Shown: positions 13,532 to 25,461 of the stretch, in pieces
How positions within the stretch are numbered: the first letter of the stretch is position 1
Layout of the letters: each line of letters opens with the position of its first letter
Assembly: GCF_006345805.1 (NCBI RefSeq)
Contig: NC_042998.1
Span: 122,822,001-122,886,000, forward strand
Origin: Octopus sinensis
Lineage: Eukaryota
Length of the DNA stretch: 64,000 bases
Direction: 5' to 3'
Position numbers and translations under genes: made by a program
Notes under the pieces: model-generated
What the model saw: the letters and a program-made list of their open reading frames with translations, nothing else
Told to the model about the DNA's origin: nothing
Databases searched by the model: none

Positions 13532-13573
13532 ACACCTGATGAAAGCTGGAGTATATCAGTCGAAATATTGTGT
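13532..13573 (+). ncRNA. Minimal type I hammerhead ribozyme motif (degenerate)
   Basis: ACAC-CTGATGA-AAGCTG...CAGTC-GAAAT-ATT-GTGT; stem I is ACAC/GTGT. Confidence 0.65.
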
Positions 13574-14179
13574 TAACAACAAAAAAGATGAGGATAAATA
13601 TCTGTCAAATGTAAATAATGTAAATAATGTACATAATTCCTCATCTCTTAGATATAGAACTGTACAACCGGTGTAATATCGTTGTATGGGACCACAAAGA
13701 AAAGATACCTGTTATGGAAATTAATTGCGCCCAGGACACGAACATGGTCTGAAAAATACATGAGAAAGAGGACATGTATGGGCCATAGTAAGGCGTTTGC
13801 AAATTCACTACTCAATGTACACTTTGTTATGTATTATGCTGCTCCATTATTATGGAAGCATTAAGATACATACCAACCTTTCTAGAGCAAGTAATGGGTG
13901 GAACTTGAAATCTTAGGGAGGGAATGCAACTCCTTAATTCATATGCAACAAATGATGATCACGACAAAACTCTGCAAGACATTCTCAACATTTAAAGGAT
14001 GACGGTTAAGTCAAGATACTTTACTTCTCAATCTTTTTACCAAGCTGGTGGCCGGTCACAATTTACACTAAATCGAAAAGAGACAGAGAAGGCATCCATT
14101 CATCTATTCCTCTCTTCTTACATCCATCCATCCACACACACACACACACACATGCACGCACGCTCGCGCACACACAGAC

Positions 14180-14217
<38 letters not shown>

Positions 14218-14389
14218 AATATTAGGGAATATATCCAAATTTACAGGGAAAAAAATCAGATTTAGGATTAAATCCAATTTTATAGTAAAATATTATAAAA
14301 TGTTATTTGAGACAAAACCACTATTTTGCAAAACAAACAAGGAAAGACTTAATCAATACATAAAATTTAATAAATAGTCAAAAAAACCG

Positions 14390-14432
14390 CCACTACAATC
14401 GTTTCTTGTCTTGATCGACAATCTTCAGGTGG
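14390..14432 (-). ncRNA. Minimal type I hammerhead ribozyme, intact core
   Basis: CCAC-CTGAAGA-TTGTC(GATCAA)GACAA-GAAAC-GATT-GTA-GTGG. Stem I is CCAC/GTGG, stem III ACGAUUGU is self-complementary with wobble pairs, and the cleavage triplet is GUA. Confidence 0.8.
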
Positions 14433-15580
14433 ACTTCCAATCTAAAAAATCAAAATTTTAAAATATAAAAATAATACTTTTAAATAATTAAAGTATAAAT
14501 GAAAAAATATAAGTATATAATCCATATATAACCTATATATAATCCATATCGAAAATATAGACTAATTACCACGAATTCCCTAAAAAAAACCATGATAAAA
14601 CAAAACTCTTAAAAACATATAACGATAAAATCTCCCTTTGCTAAACTCTATAACAAACCTATAAAGTAAACCCCCTAACCTAAACATTCACACACAAATA
14701 CACACACGTAAACCACAGACTCACGACTTATACACATACCTATACTAACTTATAACCTCAATATACACCAAAACCCACTCCCTCCCCACACAGACAAATT
14801 AACACATACATCCCAAAACCTAAATAACAAACCCATATACACATTCACACACAAAACACACACTCACACGCAAAACACTCACACACAAAAGATACATATA
14901 CTCCCTCACATATACGCCTATACATACTCACTAAACTCGACATATACAACAATACTTACACACCCACAAAAAACATTATATACATTTATGAGCTTTAACT
15001 CACCTTAGCATCTCTAACAAACAACTTGCAGTAACCCAGTTTTTTGTGGGTGTGTAAGTATTGTTGTATATGTCGAGTTTAGTGAGTATGTATAGGCGTA
15101 TATGTGAGGGAGTATATGTATCTTTTGTGTGTGAGTGTTTTGCGTGTGAGTGTGTGTTTTGTGTGTGAATGTGTATATGGGTTTGTTATTTAGGTTTTGG
15201 GATGTATGTGTTAATTTGTCTGTGTGGGGAGGGAGTGGGTTTTGGTGTATATTGAGGTTTATAAGTTAGTATAGGTATGTGTATAAGTCGTGAGTCTGTG
15301 GTTTACGTGTGTGTATTTGTGTGTGAATGTTTAGGTTAGGGGGTTTACTTTATAGGTTTGTTATAGAGTTTAGCAAAGGGAGATTTTATCGTTATATGTT
15401 TTTAAGAGTTTTGTTTTATCATGGTTTTTTTTAGGGAATTCGTGGTAATTAGTCTATATTTTCGATATGGATTATATATAGGTTATATATGGATTATATA
15501 CTTATATTTTTTCATTATACTTTAATTATTTAAAAGTATTATTTTTATATTTTAAAATTTTGATTTTTTAGATTGGAAGT

Positions 15581-15622
15581 CCACCTGAAGATTGTCGATC
15601 AAGACAAGAACGATTGTAGTGG
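15581..15622 (+). ncRNA. Hammerhead copy in the right palindrome arm (one A missing from GAAAC)
   Basis: CCACCTGAAGATTGTCGATCAAGACAAGAACGATTGTAGTGG. Confidence 0.65.
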
Positions 15623-15708
15623 CGGTTTTTTTTGACTATTTATTAAATTTATGTATTGATTAAGTCTTTCCTTGTTTGTTTTGCAAAATAGTGGTTTTGT
15701 CTCAAATA

Positions 15709-15746
<38 letters not shown>

Positions 15747-15841
15747 TTGATAGAAATGTCAAGACAACAAAAGAATGAAAGAGACCTAGATATTATGTAA
15801 ATAGAAGAATTTATCTATAAATATATGTGACAATTATTTGG

Positions 15842-15915
15842 TGGCCATGATAAAACTCCGAGTTTCGGATGTCGGGGCGGATACCCACGCCAGCATCTCT
15901 TCAGTTATCTGGCCA
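15842..15915 (-). ncRNA. Type I hammerhead ribozyme with extended stems I and II
   Basis: TGGCCA-GATAA-CTGAAGA-GATG..GGCG(TGGGTATC)CGCC..CATC-C-GAAAC-TCGGAG-TT-TTATC-A-TGGCCA. Stem I has 11 bp with one bulge, stem III is ACTC/GAGT, and the predicted GUU cleavage is between 15854 and 15853. Confidence 0.8.
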
Positions 15916-16004
15916 TCGAAAAAATTGCTATGATAATGATCATTATAACAAAGGAAAATTACTGTGATTGACCGTTATTAAGACAAACGAGCTATTAGAA
16001 TGAG

Positions 16005-16523
16005 CGCTAAGTAAGAGGAGGGAGTAAAGGTAAGGGAGTAAAAATGTTCATAGTAATCGCGTGAGCGCGCATGTCCATACATACACATGTGCGCCCGACA
16101 CCCGCGTACATGCGCCTATATGAATATAGTCATCCACCCTCACTTGAAAAACATACGTGCTCCTCAACACATTCGCCAAAAAATATATACATACGCGCAT
16201 ACACGCTCGCACGCACACACACAAGCGCGGACAAAAAAGGTTCATACACACGTCTATATACGTACATGCACAAACAAAAACAGGGCTAAAGGCTAAATAC
16301 AGAAAAATGTGTTAAAAAAGTGTAAAAAATAAGCAATGAGAGTAAAACATATCTATATACGCACATACTCGCATGCACGCACACACTCACGTCTATATAC
16401 GCACATACCCGCGCACACTCATACATCCACATGCGTGCACAAAAATTCCATATACATGTCTATATACGCATAGGAGAAATGCAGGGTGGAAGGTAGAGTG
16501 CAATAAAACTGTAAACCCTCTCT
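16005..16523 (-). repeat. Unclassified CA/TG-rich interspersed repeat, inverted diverged copy of 18165-18702
   Basis: Reverse-complement match by eye, for example TGCGTATATAGACATGTATATGGAAT and CGCGATTACTATGAACATTTTTACTCCCTTACCTTTACTCC. Clearly diverged (roughly 85%). Confidence 0.8.
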
Positions 16524-16960
16524 GTAAGGCACACATATTCCTTCGTGGAAACCGTATCCTTTGTGGATATAGATTCCACGATGGCCTCATAAATGATGGT
16601 CTCGGAGGTGTAAGCTCCATTTAGCGGGCACAAATTTTTATCCTTACATGAACAGCTGGTTTCGTATTTCAAGACCAGGTTCAATAATAACACCTTGAAC
16701 TTCAGGCACTGGGATAAAAGGAAAACCGCCAAATTATCCAGTCATATATTGTCCTTAATAGATAAATGTGTCAGTTACAACATCTATTGGAAGACCTTAG
16801 CCAAGTGTAAGCCCTATACCGACGGCAGTGGAAAGTGCGGTTTTTGTGATATGGAAAGATGGCTCATCTGGAAAAACAGCTTAGACCCTACCATATGTCT
16901 AAATTCAAGAACTGAACTTTTCGGATCATGCCCACGTGTGGCAAAATATTTGTTACGTTT
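16512..16960. pseudogene. Penelope-like (Neptune-type) GIY-YIG endonuclease fragment with its 5' half inverted
   Basis: Minus strand about 16670-16515 reads KYETSCSCKDKNLCPLNG...ETIIYEAIVES...KEYVCLTE. Plus strand from about 16668 reads FKTRFNNNTLNFRH...LSSHI...YNIYWKTLAKCKPY...KCGFCDMERWLI...CLNSRTELFGSCPR. Confidence 0.85.
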
Positions 16961-16979
16961 TTGGTCCCCCCGAGATTAC

Positions 16980-17959
16980 AGATAGGACTTGATATCTGTA
17001 TTGTGTCCACGTACAAGCTTTTTATCTCGTTCTCTTTCTCTTTTACTTGTTTCAGCCATTTGACTGTGGCCATGATGGAACACCGCCTTTTATCGAGTAA
17101 ATCGACCCCAGGTCTTATTCTTTGTAAGCCTAGTACTTATTCTATCGGTTTCTTTTGCCGAACCGCTAAGTGACGGGGACGTAAACACACGAGCATCGGT
17201 TGTCATGCGATGTTAGGGAGACAAACACAGACAGACAAACATATACACACACACATATATATACATATATACAACGGGCTTCTTTCAGTTCCCGTCGACC
17301 AAATCCACTCAAAAGGCTTTGGTCAGCCCGAGGCTATAGTAGAAGACACTTTCCAAGGTGCCACGCAGTGGGACTGAACCCGGAACCATGTTACGAACCC
17401 GGAACCATGGTTCGTAAGCAAGCTACTTACCACACAGTCACTCTATACTTTTTTCCTTATATTCCTTATATATATATATAAGGAAAAAAGTATAGAGTGA
17501 CTGTGTGGTAAGTAGCTTGCTTACGAACCATGGTTCCGGGTTCGTAACATGGTTCCGGGTTCAGTCCCACTGCGTGGCACCTTGGGAAAGTGTCTTCTAC
17601 TATAGCCTCGGGCTGACCAAAGCCTTTTGAGTGGATTTGGTCGACGGGAACTGAAAGAAGCCCGTTGTATATATGTATATATATGTGTGTGTGTATATGT
17701 TTGTCTGTCTGTGTTTGTCTCCCTAACATCGCATGACAACCGATGCTCGTGTGTTTACGTCCCCGTCACTTAGCGGTTCGGCAAAAGAAACCGATAGAAT
17801 AAGTACTAGGCTTACAAAGAATAAGACCTGGGGTCGATTTACTCGATAAAAGGCGGTGTTCCATCATGGCCACAGTCAAATGGCTGAAACAAGTAAAAGA
17901 GAAAGAGAACGAGATAAAAAGCTTGTACGTGGACACAATACAGATATCAAGTCCTATCT
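16980..17959. repeat. Near-perfect palindrome (arms of about 480 bp) containing two head-to-head SINE family 1 copies and their flanks
   Basis: 16980-17462 is the reverse complement of about 17475-17959, centred on TTCCTTATA-(TA)n. I found one 1-bp indel. Both arms share the same internal GAACCCGGAACCATG duplication. Confidence 0.92.
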
Positions 17960-18114
17960 TCCACTTACACACGGCTAATGAATGTTGGTCTTTAAAATAA
18001 ACTTCTTTCCCTCTAAATTACAAATGCACGCGCATTATATTTCCCCACTTCTTTCCCACGCACGCACTCGCACACTGAATTCTCACACACGTGATACCTT
18101 TTCTACTATACAAC

Positions 18115-18120
<6 letters not shown>
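17954..18120 (+). repeat. Segment duplicated in inverted orientation at 20286-20451
   Basis: One mismatch seen over about 166 bp. Confidence 0.9.
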
Positions 18121-18152
<32 letters not shown>

Positions 18153-18164
18153 CATATTTGTAGA

Positions 18165-18702
18165 GATGGTTTATGGTTTTATTGCTCATATATTTTTTAC
18201 ACATAATTTTCCTGTATTCTATCATCCAACCTGCATTTTCCTGTGCGTATATAGACATGTATATGGAATATTTTGTGCGCGCGTGTGGATGTTTGAATGC
18301 GTGCAGGTATGAGCGTATATAGACGTGTGTGTGTGCGTGCATGCGAGTATGCGTGTATATAGACGTGTTTTACTCTTATTTTTTACACATTTTTTCTTTA
18401 TTTTGCCTTTAGCCCTGTTTTTTTTTCTTGTGCATGTGCGTATATAGACGTATGTATGAACCTTTTTTGTGCGTGTTTGTGTGTGTGTGTGTGTGCGATC
18501 GTGTTTGCGGGTATGTATATATTTTTTGGTGAATGTGTTGAGAAGCATGTGTGTTTTTGCAAGTGAGGATGGATGAGTATATACATATAGGCGCATGTAC
18601 GCGGGTGTGCGGACGCGCATGTGTATGTATGGACATGCGCGCTTACGCGATTACTATGAACATTTTTACTCCCTTACCTTTACTCCTTCCCCTTACTTAG
18701 CG
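18165..18702 (+). repeat. Unclassified CA/TG-rich repeat, partner of 16005-16523
   Basis: See 16005-16523. Confidence 0.8.
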
Positions 18703-19216
18703 TAGATGCACACATATCTAATACATTGTAACCTCAATGCTTATATAAATAATAAGGAACTCTTACAAAATCACTGGGCTTTATATAGATGAATGGGAAA
18801 AGCAAATTTTAACAGTTTTTTTTTTCTTTTCTGTGCTGGAATAACTACATATGTTGACCAAATTAGCAAAATCTCTCTAATACTACACTAAATTATAGGA
18901 AGTTATCAACATATCTTTATACTTAAAAATAAAATTTAGTGTGTTTTATTCTATGAAGAAGAAATTTAATCACGCTTTGATTCTATATATTTTAATATTT
19001 TACAGCGATCATAATCTGTTCTTGTTCTGCTTTAATCCAATTTCTACGTGTTTAATTTCTATTTTTATATGTAGGATTTCTGTCTGCCAAATTGAAATCT
19101 ATTTTTGTTTCATTGAAAAGCCCATAACCCACCCACATTTCAGAGGAAACTTCAACTTCAATTGTAGAGAGCATATTTTCTACGTTAACTATCTTAAAAA
19201 TGAAATTCAGCATCGC

Positions 19217-19378
19217 AACATTCATCATGTAAGAAGTTCTTCCTCTATATATCGCAGACAATTGTAACTATCTCCACTACTGATTTACGACTAAGTAGAA
19301 TCTGTCGTTGATTATATGAAATGTTTGCCACGAACTACATCTCGTTCTGTTGGTATTAAGCCATCTTATTGACGCTTA
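19217..19378 (+). repeat. 162-bp segment duplicated directly at 20453-20614
   Basis: Offset 1236 bp; seven substitutions counted. Confidence 0.9.
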
Positions 19379-20105
19379 GGTTAATATAATATAATGAAAG
19401 TTTGTTCTTAACGTCTCACAACATGGATAAAATTAGAAATAATTGTTCTGTCTAAAGTTTTATAGGAAGATTTTCTTTTGCATGCAATATGAATATTAAC
19501 TTCTCGCATTGCTACAAGCTTACACATTTACAGGGGATGGAAAATTAATCGAAAAGAACCTATACTGGATTACTTCTGATATGTATATGGTACTCTTACT
19601 GATCCAAAAGGAATGCTGTTCGACTAGTTGGTAAAGATTCATTCTCTACAACCACTAGTCCATAGATGCATGTTTTCCCAAGTAAGCAATAATACAGCAC
19701 CTAAAATACGAAGTCGGTGTATTTTAATGCTGAGGAAGAAAAGAAAACGAATTTAGAGAATGATCAGTTGTCAAGACAGAGGTTAGGAGTATAAAGATAT
19801 ACGAATAAAAACAAAACAATAGTTAATCAAATGAGAACCATCAAGTGGCAGACAGGACTGCAAGTTGTTTGGTTACAGAAGTTGTTTGAACAAATAAGAG
19901 TGGAGAGTAAATGACGAATGACGATTATGTGTGGAACACGGTGTGTTATTAAAAGAAGTATGAATCAGTTATGTCTCTAAAAGTGTACGTAAGGTAATGA
20001 AGTGTAGATCAGTATAATAAATGGGGTAAAGTGTCTGTGGTATGTGAGTGTTCAATACGTTGTAGTGATTGTGTATCTGTCTATGTGTATATAGATGGGA
20101 GAGAG

Positions 20106-20145
<40 letters not shown>

Positions 20146-23100
20146 CCGAGAATGAAGTGTCTGAGTAAAGTTTTATGTGAATGTATGTGTTTATACGTAG
20201 ACTAAGGCACAAGGTCAGACGGTGGCATATGTGACTCATCTTAATGTAGGATAGAATGTGGTGGCGTGGTGGATGGATGATGCAGTATGTCGTTGTATAG
20301 TAGAAAAGGTATCACGTGTGTGAGAATTCAGTGTGCGAGTGCGTGCGTGGGAAAGAAGTGGGGAAATATAATGCGCGTGCATTTGTAATTTAGAGGGAAA
20401 GAAGTTTATTTTAAAGACCAACATTCATTAGCCGTGTGTAAGTAGAAGATAAAACATTCATCAAGTAAGAAGTTCTTCCTCTGCATATTGCAGACAATTG
20501 TAACTATCTCCACTACTGATTTACAACTAAGTAGAATCTGTCGTTGATTATATGAAATGTTTGCCACGAATTACATCTCGTTCTGTTGGTATTAAGCCAT
20601 CTTATTAACGCTTAATACTTTTAATACTTCTGCCATTAGTAAATCGTCTCATGCTACCTGCACATATTTCTGTACTTACGGCAACCTGTGCTAGCTATCT
20701 ACATACTTTCTGCACCGGTGTCTACTTGTTTCTTCTCCATTCAGTCTTATATTTCTCCGCTTCCAGATTCCACTCTAAATTTGTTATTCAAACTTTCTTC
20801 TTCATAACTCTAATCGTTAGGAACATTCCTATCTTTCCACGCTTTTCATGTAAACAATTATTCATATTCAAACTGGTTTTCTCCCGATTTATTTCTATGA
20901 AATTAACCGATTGGTGTGACTACAACACATGGTGCGTGCTATACTATAAACGCAAAATCGTTTAAGTGGAAGTTGACTTCGGCATATTAAGATATATGGA
21001 ACCGAACATTGCAATGTTTGCAGCCCCAATTGTTACAGTATCAACATTAAGGACCAGATTAGAAATCGCTACATATTCCCACCAGCAGCTTTGTTTTATG
21101 TAATAGAAGTTATATGCGAATATTAGTTACACGAAATTATTTCATACTGACTATAACACAGTCTAGTTATTGATTTATGCATTTATTTTGATAGGGCGGA
21201 TATGCTAGAATATTTTAGGTTTCAGGTTAGCTATTGTCTCAAATAATTTCCTATAAGAAACGTAACTCAGCTTAATATTATTATCGTATTATCAATACAC
21301 GCATTGAAAATAGTCGCTTGTTCAAGTTCTTTTTTGTAACAGTTGTAATACGGACCTACTTAATATGTTCAACAAATATACACTTTTCTTCATTCATTTG
21401 GTGAAATTTCTTTTGATCACTTATAATATTTCAGTATTTTGCAAAAATGTTTCCTGCCATTAAATCGGCGTTTCACTAAAGTGTTTCCTGTGTGTAAAAT
21501 CATATTTTGAAAATTTTATTTTTCTGACTGAATGGTATTAAGTAGGGCAGAAAAGAAATGCACAACACAAATCTATGAGTTGTTCATTTGTGTCTAAAAT
21601 TAATGCTTGAGTACAATTTTCGTACCTTGTCTCAGTTCGTATTTAAAGACGGATTAAGTACCCGGTTTTCTGTGTGCCTTCTACGAAGTTGGCTGGTGTC
21701 CTCTTCAGTATGGTGATTAATCTCAATCAGTTTTAGCATTGAATTCTAAATACTGCATGGTTACACTTATATGCATTTATCTCACTGATATAAATGTATA
21801 AACTTATATGTGTACATACACTCATGGCAAGCACTATAGTGCAAGTAGCAACATCTTTACAAAACAAAATTTAGATCAGAGTTCGACTCATAATTTTCAA
21901 ATAAATATTCCACATAGTCCCATAATCTCCTTGCAAAATGCACGATCGTAACGTTTCCCCTTCTCCCAAAGCCTGAAGTCAATAACGCCTATCACGAAAA
22001 TGCAATTGTCTACTTTTATGAAAAACGAAAAGAAAAGGAAAATATCTCATACAGTTATGAATACGTGACGATAGATGGATAATTTGAAAGCATGAAGAAA
22101 ATAAAAGAAATACATAGAATGTGTTAGCGAAATAGATTAACTGACAGATATGTATGTGTGTATGTGGGTGTGTGCCGCTAGAGTGATTGGGTGGTCGGGT
22201 AATAATAAATAGGTGGATGGATTGATTGTGCAGATGCATGCATATCTACACTTTACTGTGAGCGTGTGATAATTAAAGGGAAAAATGTTCATCATCATGC
22301 TAATAATCTTTCTTGTAAATAATTCACATAGAAGTGAATGTACACCCCCGTTCTCTGCCAGTACACCACCACCTTGCCATAGGTCTATCAATCAATGAGA
22401 AATCATTTAATCTAATCAAAGCATGAAAAGCTCTTCAGTTAGATATCAGAAGAAGAAGAAAAGTGCTAGACAATCAATAACGTGCCTTTCCCTCTTGCGG
22501 TTTAACGATCACTGTTAAGTTTATCGCATAATTGCCATCATGTCTTTGTAGATTTGTATTCAGTATCGGTAAAGTTGGTTGGATGTTTTTTTTTTTTCCT
22601 TTTCAATCGTTTTTAGTTATTTTTGTGTTCTTTGTCGATCTCAATGTTTTTATAAATTATTTTTAATTTCGTGTTAGTTTCATTGCTGCTTATTAATTAT
22701 TAATTGGTTACCTCAAATGAACATGATGGCAGCATTAAACTGACGCAGATGTATCGAATCTGACAATTCCCTAGACATTGGCTTGATGTAATTAAAGAAT
22801 TTATTTTATTTTATTTTCTGAATTTGGCTCACTATAAAAAATATTATTCCTAATATTTTTAATATTTGTTGCTATCGTTGCAACAGTAATAGTAACTGTT
22901 GTTGTAGCTGTTGTTATTGTAGTTATTATTATTATCAGTATTATCATCATTATTATTATTATCTTTTATATTGCTATTTCTGTGGCATTATTATTTATTT
23001 CCATTTAAGTAGTTGTTGTTAGCAACTGGAATCCAAATGAAAATAAATGCTCATTTCATTCATACCACTTGCTCACCTTCTTCTTCTTCTTCTTCTTCTT

Positions 23101-23584
23101 CTTCTTCTTCTTCTTCTTCTTCTTCTTCTTCTTCTTCTTCTTCTTCTCCTTCCTCTTCTCCTTTCTCCTTTTACTTTCCCTCCTCTTCTGAATCATTTGC
23201 TTCTTTTCCTATTTTGTATTATTTTATTTATATGTTCAACGATCTAATTTTTGAAAAAATATTTTCTCTTATTTTCTGTTCAATTTTATCTTACATTTCA
23301 AGAAGCTAGTTCATTTAATAAAATTAATGTAATGTATTGCGCTTCTTCATTAAACTGTTTAATTACTTGAGACAAAACATTACTTAGAGAGATTTTAAAG
23401 ATGTTGTTACTGTTGTTTTTTTTTCTCTTTCTCGTAGTTTCTCATTTATAATTTCCCTTTGCTAGTATTCCATTTTTGAGTTGAAACCATATGAATTGAT
23501 TCAGAATATTGTTTCCTATTTTTCGTAAGGTAGAAAAAAAATCAACTTTATAAAATAAGAACACATGAGCAATCGTTGCCAACA

Positions 23585-23900
23585 TCCCTCCTCCTCCTCC
23601 TCATCATCATCATCATTACCTTTGTTGTCGACGCTGCAACTTCCACCACCGTCGCTGCAGCCACCGCCATGGTCGCTGCCCGCACCGCCAGTCTTTATTC
23701 TTGTCGTCGTTGTCGTCATCGTCATCCTCCTCATCATCACCGCTGGCACCGCCTTCATCATCATCATCATCATCATCATCATCGTCATCATCATCGTCAT
23801 CATCATCGTCATCATCATCATCGTCGTCATCATCGTCATCATCATCGTCGTCGTCGTCATCATCATCATCATCATCATCACCATCACCACCATCATTATA
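23585..23900. repeat. Compound (TCC)/(TCA)/(TCG)n microsatellite
   Basis: Visible in sequence; source of the poly-Asp, poly-His and poly-Ser ORFs. Confidence 0.95.
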
Positions 23901-24435
23901 GTCCTCTTCGATGTCCTTTCTCTCCACCTCGTTACTGTTGTCTTTAGTCTCAGCATGCAACAATAAAATATCATTCAGTCTCATCGTAAATGCTAACCGT
24001 TTCTCAGTATATTTCTAAAATCGTCTCAAATGTTCGATCGTGCTCTGTCCTTTTGTTTAACTTTTTCTTACATTTCCTCCGCATCATCGTTACCATGATT
24101 ATTTCCTTCAATTTCGTTATTGTTAAATCCAGAATACTATATTTTAATAACTATCACATAAAATGCTTTTAATTCACAATTTATATCTGTTTAGCTTTTA
24201 TATACCTTGCCAATTAACGTTTACAATGGATATTTTTCGCAGTTAAGGGAAATCCTAAGTTTTTTTTTAACATTTGCACAGAATATTATTTCATCTCTAT
24301 AGCTGACGAGTTATCGAAAACTAATCCTTTATTTTCAATTTTGTTACATATTGTTACATCTGAAACAATTTCTATTGAAAACCAATGGATTAGTTTGTAA
24401 AATATTTCCCGAATTATTAGAATCTTCATAAAGTG

Positions 24436-24640
24436 GTGAGCTGGTAGAATCGTTAGCATGCTGGGCAAAATACTTTGCAGCATTTCATCCGGCTCTACGC
24501 TCAAATTCCGCTGAGGTTGACTTTACCTTTCATCCTTTCGGGGTCAATAAAATAAATACCGGTTGAACACTGGGGTTGAAGAAATCGACTTGCCCCCTTC
24601 TCTGAAATTGCTGGTCTTGTGCCACATTTCGAAAACGTTA
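24436..24640 (+). mobile_element. tRNA-derived SINE (family 2; core GACTTTGCCTTTCATCCTTTCGGGGTCGATAAAATAAGTACC)
   Basis: GAGCTGGTAGAATCGTTAGCA head, TCAAATTCCGC B-box region and shared core. There are at least six copies in the window. Confidence 0.8.
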
Positions 24641-24974
24641 TCAGTAACATGATAAATATCACTTTTCTGAAACTTACACTCAAGCCTAAAACATTGACAA
24701 CCACTGATGATCAGTTAAATATTTATAGTTATTTCTGTAAATTCCTTTGTCATTTTGTTTGCCCTCATAACTGAACAGTTGAAAATTGATAAATATCTTT
24801 ATAATACAACATCCTTATATAGCATTTTTCATAAAAAGTCACACTAGAATTTGATCATTCATTACATCTTGTGACTGATACCATCCAATTAGAAAAAATG
24901 CCTTTCAACATATTGAAGATTCCTCATAATGAAGATAGATTGAGCATGGACAGAAAAATAATCGAGTACTTTGC

Positions 24975-24979
24975 TATTC

Positions 24980-25013
<34 letters not shown>

Positions 25014-25055
25014 TTAATAATAATAATAATAATGATAATAATAATAATAATAATG

Positions 25056-25143
<88 letters not shown>

Positions 25144-25381
25144 TGTAGGTGCATTAGGCATGATAAAAAAATATTCAGACAAATACATAACAAAAACACC
25201 AGGACTTACAAACACATATAACATACAGAAAATTGCACTACTAGGCACTTCACACATCCTACGCAGAACACTTTCCATACAATAACCATCAGAGCATCAC
25301 AACAAATCACAGCACATACCCAAGGCACACAGAGCTGTGCTCGGTAGTGAAGTGAAAGCACGCTATAAAAATAAAACTACC

Positions 25382-25460
<79 letters not shown>
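24975..25460 (+). mobile_element. Short R4/Dong-type 3' fragment (25143-25385) embedded in (TAA)n on both sides
   Basis: IVGALGMIKKYSDKYITKTPGLTNTYNIQKIALLGTSHILRRTLSIQ* plus a 3' UTR, flanked by (TAA)n at 24975-25142 and 25385-25460. Confidence 0.85.
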
Positions 25461-25461
25461 T

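Larger units (their letters stand above)
13289..13665 (+). mobile_element. Non-autonomous PLE-type fold-back element (inverted pLTR arms) with a 10-bp TSD
   Basis: Inverted arms at about 13289-13420 and 13500-13632. The direct repeat AACCGGTGTA flanks it at 13279-13288 and 13666-13675. Each arm has a hammerhead core. Confidence 0.8.
13000..13990 (+). mobile_element. Decayed restriction-like-endonuclease LINE, interrupted by the 13289-13665 insertion
   Basis: EDIKHIIGKYERMTSRYYFPRR lies upstream. Removing the insertion and one TSD copy gives KLKHNRCNIVVWDHKEKIPVMEINCAQDTNMV*KIHEKEDMYGP, homologous to the copy at 41362-41770. Confidence 0.75.
14215..15718. mobile_element. PLE-type pLTR/UTR element forming a near-perfect palindrome (arms of about 680 bp, spacer about 64 bp) inside (TA)n
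   Basis: About 14293-14974 is the reverse complement of about 15039-15718. Differences are mostly single-base homopolymer indels. There is strong AC versus GT strand bias and a hammerhead in each arm. Confidence 0.85.

Noticed and set aside
23516-23984. Long poly-Asp, poly-His, poly-Ser and poly-Met ORFs (also at 4.2k, 5.7k, 8.8k, 25k, 33.4k, 37.1k and 51.3k)
   Set aside because: They are translations of di- and trinucleotide microsatellites, open in several frames on both strands, with no flanking coding signal.
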